A model generated the notes under the pieces. The model was not told the DNA's origin. It ran no database searches and saw only the letters and a list, made by a program, of their open reading frames with translations. Made by a program: the position numbers and the translations under genes. From IMG/VR virus record IMGVR_UViG_3300045988_161160: DNA of 17,347 nt; one strand, given 5' to 3'. This DNA comes from a virus. Shown here piece by piece: positions 15,405 to 17,347 of this stretch (positions are counted from its first letter, which is position 1; every line of letters begins with the position of its first letter).

Positions 15405-15664
15405 GCAAAAACGTTAAAAAAATCATAAATTTTTGGGCACATTTTTTGAAGATAATTGAAGTAGCGTAGAGCGTCTTTATAGTTTCTAAAATAGTATTCA
15501 ATTTTATTATCTCCATAATGAATTAAAGCTTTTGTTTTAGAATCGTCCACTTGACAATACGCATGAGGGTTTACAAAGAATGGTGCTTCTTTAAGTGGTT
15601 TATCTAATAATACAACGTTGCTTTTATTGTTGACGGAAACTCTATAATGCGTTGTTCGTATCAT
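15401..15664 (-). CDS. Hypothetical early protein, 87 aa (MIRTTHYRVSVNNKSNVVLLDKP...)
   Basis: ATG at 15664 is preferred over the track's TTG at 15670. It overlaps the upstream 66-aa gene by 23 nt. Confidence 0.45.
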   Translation of the reverse strand: MIRTTHYRVSVNNKSNVVLLDKPLKEAPFFVNPHAYCQVDDSKTKALIHYGDNKIEYYFRNYKDALRYFNYLQKMCPKIYDFFNVFA

Positions 15665-15842
15665 ATTCAAAAATACCTAATCCTTTCATTTCTTCAAAAT
15701 CTTGTTTATCTACTCTAATAATTTCATTATTGTCTAGAATAATTTCAACATTATCTGAGTCGTATAAATAATATTTAATAGTTGATGGATTAATATACAA
15801 GTCTACACCTGCTTCCACGTTATATAATTTAAAAAATTTCAT
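15642..15842 (-). CDS. Hypothetical early protein, 66 aa
   Basis: SD AAAGGAG plus 6 nt then ATG 15842. Acidic. Confidence 0.5.
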   Translation of the reverse strand: MKFFKLYNVEAGVDLYINPSTIKYYLYDSDNVEIILDNNEIIRVDKQDFEEMKGLGIFEYDTNNAL

Positions 15843-15843
15843 T

Positions 15844-16011
15844 TTATTCTCCTTTTAAATAATCGTAATCGCTTTTAGATACATTTATTTTATCACCACA
15901 CGCAAGATGGATTATGTAGATAGCTAAAAAACGTTCAATATAAGTAATGTTATCAGTATTAATAAATACATATTTATTATAATTCATAGAGTATACTTCT
16001 TTTAACACCAT
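15844..16011 (-). CDS. Hypothetical early protein, 55 aa (MVLKEVYSMNYNKYVFINTDNITYIERF...)
   Basis: ATG overlaps the TGA of the upstream 53-aa ORF as ATGA (translational coupling). Stop TAA 15846..15844 sits just before the SD of the next gene. Below the track size cut-off. Confidence 0.4.
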   Translation of the reverse strand: MVLKEVYSMNYNKYVFINTDNITYIERFLAIYIIHLACGDKINVSKSDYDYLKGE

Positions 16012-16172
16012 CAAATTTCATCCATTGCAATTAATAAAACTCTTTCATTTTCTAATATTTTATTATACATAATTCTAGCTGAGTAGTATGATTTACATAC
16101 TATTGATTTTTCATCAATATACCCGTTATCTAGTTGGATATACCATGTTATTAAATATTTCTGTTTCTTCAT
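16011..16172 (-). CDS. Hypothetical early protein, 53 aa (MKKQKYLITWYIQLDNGYIDEKSIVCKSYYSARIMYNK...)
   Basis: ATG overlaps the stop of the 172-aa gene as TAATG. Full translation checked by hand. Below the track size cut-off. Confidence 0.4.
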   Translation of the reverse strand: MKKQKYLITWYIQLDNGYIDEKSIVCKSYYSARIMYNKILENERVLLIAMDEI

Positions 16173-16690
16173 TATCTTAACTCCAAATTTTCATAAAATA
16201 CAATAACAAATGGGTTAGCTCTACCACCTCCGTATTTACGTTGGATTTCATCAAGTCTTTTTGTTAGTCGTTTAATAGATTTGTCAAGCCCTCTAGTAGA
16301 AGTGATACCCTTACCATCATAATAATCGTTCATGACTGATCTAATAATGTTTTCAATTCTTTGACTAAGCTCTGGTCTATAATATGACCTATCAAATCTA
16401 AAATATTCTTGTAACTGGTCAACAGTGTTAAAAAATTTATTGCTAGCAATATATTTTACATCGTCCTCAGTTAGATTTGTTAAATTAACAACACCTGGCT
16501 TTGTAATAACAAAAGCTAAGCGATTAAGGTTGCTTTCAGCTAACATGATTAATTTATCATTTTTAGGTTGATTTGGGTCAAACAGTGTTGATTTGATTGA
16601 TAGGGTAGAGCGAAAAGTATTTCTTGGATTATATGCTTTACCTGTTTTTAGGATTTTTTTAGCTTGTTTTTTGCGTTGACGTTTATTCAT
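16172..16690 (-). CDS. Basic protein, 172 aa, with a highly cationic N-terminus (MNKRQRKKQAKKILKTGK...); DNA-binding. Best, but weak, candidate for the terminal protein.
   Basis: Start overlaps the upstream gene by 8 nt (ATGAATAA). Composition only: a basic N-terminal segment, as also present in phi29 TP. No sequence similarity to phi29 TP was detectable by eye. Confidence 0.5.
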   Translation of the reverse strand: MNKRQRKKQAKKILKTGKAYNPRNTFRSTLSIKSTLFDPNQPKNDKLIMLAESNLNRLAFVITKPGVVNLTNLTEDDVKYIASNKFFNTVDQLQEYFRFDRSYYRPELSQRIENIIRSVMNDYYDGKGITSTRGLDKSIKRLTKRLDEIQRKYGGGRANPFVIVFYENLELR

Positions 16691-17105
16691 GTTTTAACCT
16701 TTCAATTTCAAAGTTGATGTAATCTTTAGCTTTTTCAAGGTCTGACATAACGTTCTCACCTTGTTTCTTACCAGCACGACACGCATATTTAACAACGTTA
16801 CCAAGGTTAAAATTAAGGTCTTGGGCGTTGATAAGGTCAATTGGTTGGATTGTGCCTTGGTAGTGCGATGGAGTTGTTTTAATATGTTGTTCGTTGTAGA
16901 TTGGATTAAAAATATAATAATAGCTGTTTAATTTATTGAAATAATGTTCAACCCCGTTATCACCTTTAAGAAAAAACCCTTTTTTCAAAATATCAGTTAT
17001 ATCATATTGTTTTCCTTTAGTAAAATTTGCTAAATCTGAATATTCGCATTCTACTCTTTTGACGTTTTTCAATAGTTTAATATCCATGTTGTTTACCTCT
17101 TTCAT
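16683..17105 (-). CDS. First right-arm early protein, 140 aa. The C-terminal ~65 aa match a conserved small phage protein family, which I recall as Pfam DUF3310.
   Basis: Motif ...PSHYQGTIQPIDLINAQDLNFNLGNVVKYACRAGKKQGENVMSDLEKAKDYINFEIERLK matches the recalled family pattern HY..IEPID.I...NF..GN.IKY..R...K.....DL.KA..YL. SD AGAGGT at the ITR edge, then ATG 17105. Confidence 0.55.
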   Translation of the reverse strand: MKEVNNMDIKLLKNVKRVECEYSDLANFTKGKQYDITDILKKGFFLKGDNGVEHYFNKLNSYYYIFNPIYNEQHIKTTPSHYQGTIQPIDLINAQDLNFNLGNVVKYACRAGKKQGENVMSDLEKAKDYINFEIERLKHE

Positions 17106-17117
17106 CTTTATGATTAT

Positions 17118-17147
17118 ATTATAGCAGACTGAGTTTGCTTTTGTCTA
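17118..17147 (-). promoter_or_regulatory. Right-ITR copy of P2 (TGcTATAAT) immediately upstream of the 140-aa gene
   Basis: Identical ITR sequence. SD AGAGGT precedes ATG 17105. Confidence 0.5.
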
Positions 17148-17229
17148 GTAAAAAATGGTTGAAAATGTTTTCTGAAAACAGTTTCATAAGTTTGTTAACC
17201 GTGTTGCTAATGAAAGCTTGTTTTCATTG

Positions 17230-17257
17230 ATTATACATATTAATTAACAAATGTCAA
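17230..17257 (-). promoter_or_regulatory. Right-ITR copy of P1 (TTGACA-N16-TATAAT) directing leftward early transcription
   Basis: Identical ITR sequence on the opposite strand. Confidence 0.6.
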
Positions 17258-17347
17258 GATGAAAATGTTTCCAATTGTTTACAGATAGTTACATGAAAGG
17301 GGGGATAGGGAGAAAAAAACGATATGGGGTAGAATGCGAATATTCAG

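Larger units (their letters stand above)
17085..17347. repeat. Right inverted terminal repeat (partner of 1-263)
   Basis: Reverse complement of 17085-17347 reproduces 1-263 with 3 mismatches. Confidence 0.9.

Noticed and set aside
15301-15516. 71-aa minus-strand ORF in the track
   Set aside because: It overlaps the 87-aa gene in another frame and runs through the consensus promoter and the 5'-UTR hairpin. It has no SD and is almost certainly spurious.
1-17347. Prophage, integrative element or plasmid fragment
   Set aside because: ITRs at both window ends, no integrase, recombinase or att-like direct repeats, and a protein-primed polymerase all indicate a free linear virion genome.
1-17347. 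CRISPR array, rRNA genes, or a large non-coding repeat family
   Set aside because: No spaced direct repeats or rRNA-like segments were seen on reading through. The only repeats are the ITR pair, a 15-bp coding tandem repeat and short palindromic terminators.

Overview
The window appears to be one complete linear genome (17,347 bp) of a small phi29-type podovirus of a low-GC Gram-positive host. The first and last ~263 bp are inverted repeats of each other, so the window is a whole replicon and not a fragment. The PlyC-like lysin and the lysis cassette suggest a streptococcal phage of the C1 / 44AHJD type, but this is recollection, not a search result.

The + strand (left arm) carries:
- three tiny early ORFs;
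- a ~200-bp non-coding stretch;
- the late module: acidic/coiled-coil scaffold-like genes, a major capsid candidate, a connector resembling phi29 gp10, collar/fibre candidates and a tail knob resembling phi29 gp9;
- the lysis genes: a 507-aa muralytic protein with the PlyCA architecture (N-terminal glycosidase-like domain, helical linker, C-terminal CHAP domain), a holin, and a 69-aa PlyCB-like subunit.

The - strand (right arm) carries:
- a chain of six tightly coupled small early ORFs, the first recalled to belong to a conserved phage small-protein family (Pfam DUF3310-type motif);
- a perfect consensus sigma-A promoter;
- a 138-aa protein, a phi29 gp16-like packaging ATPase, and a protein-primed family-B DNA polymerase with all Exo I-III and Pol A/B/C/KxY motifs.

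Both ITRs contain two outward-to-inward promoters plus a shared Shine-Dalgarno sequence, so the two arms are launched by identical 5' leaders. Late transcription on the + strand is punctuated by three terminator hairpins, each followed at once by a -10 element (one a full consensus promoter, two of TGgTATAAT type). No terminal-protein gene can be assigned with confidence; a 172-aa protein with a very basic N-terminus is the best candidate. No rRNA genes, CRISPR array, integrase or complete tRNA is present.
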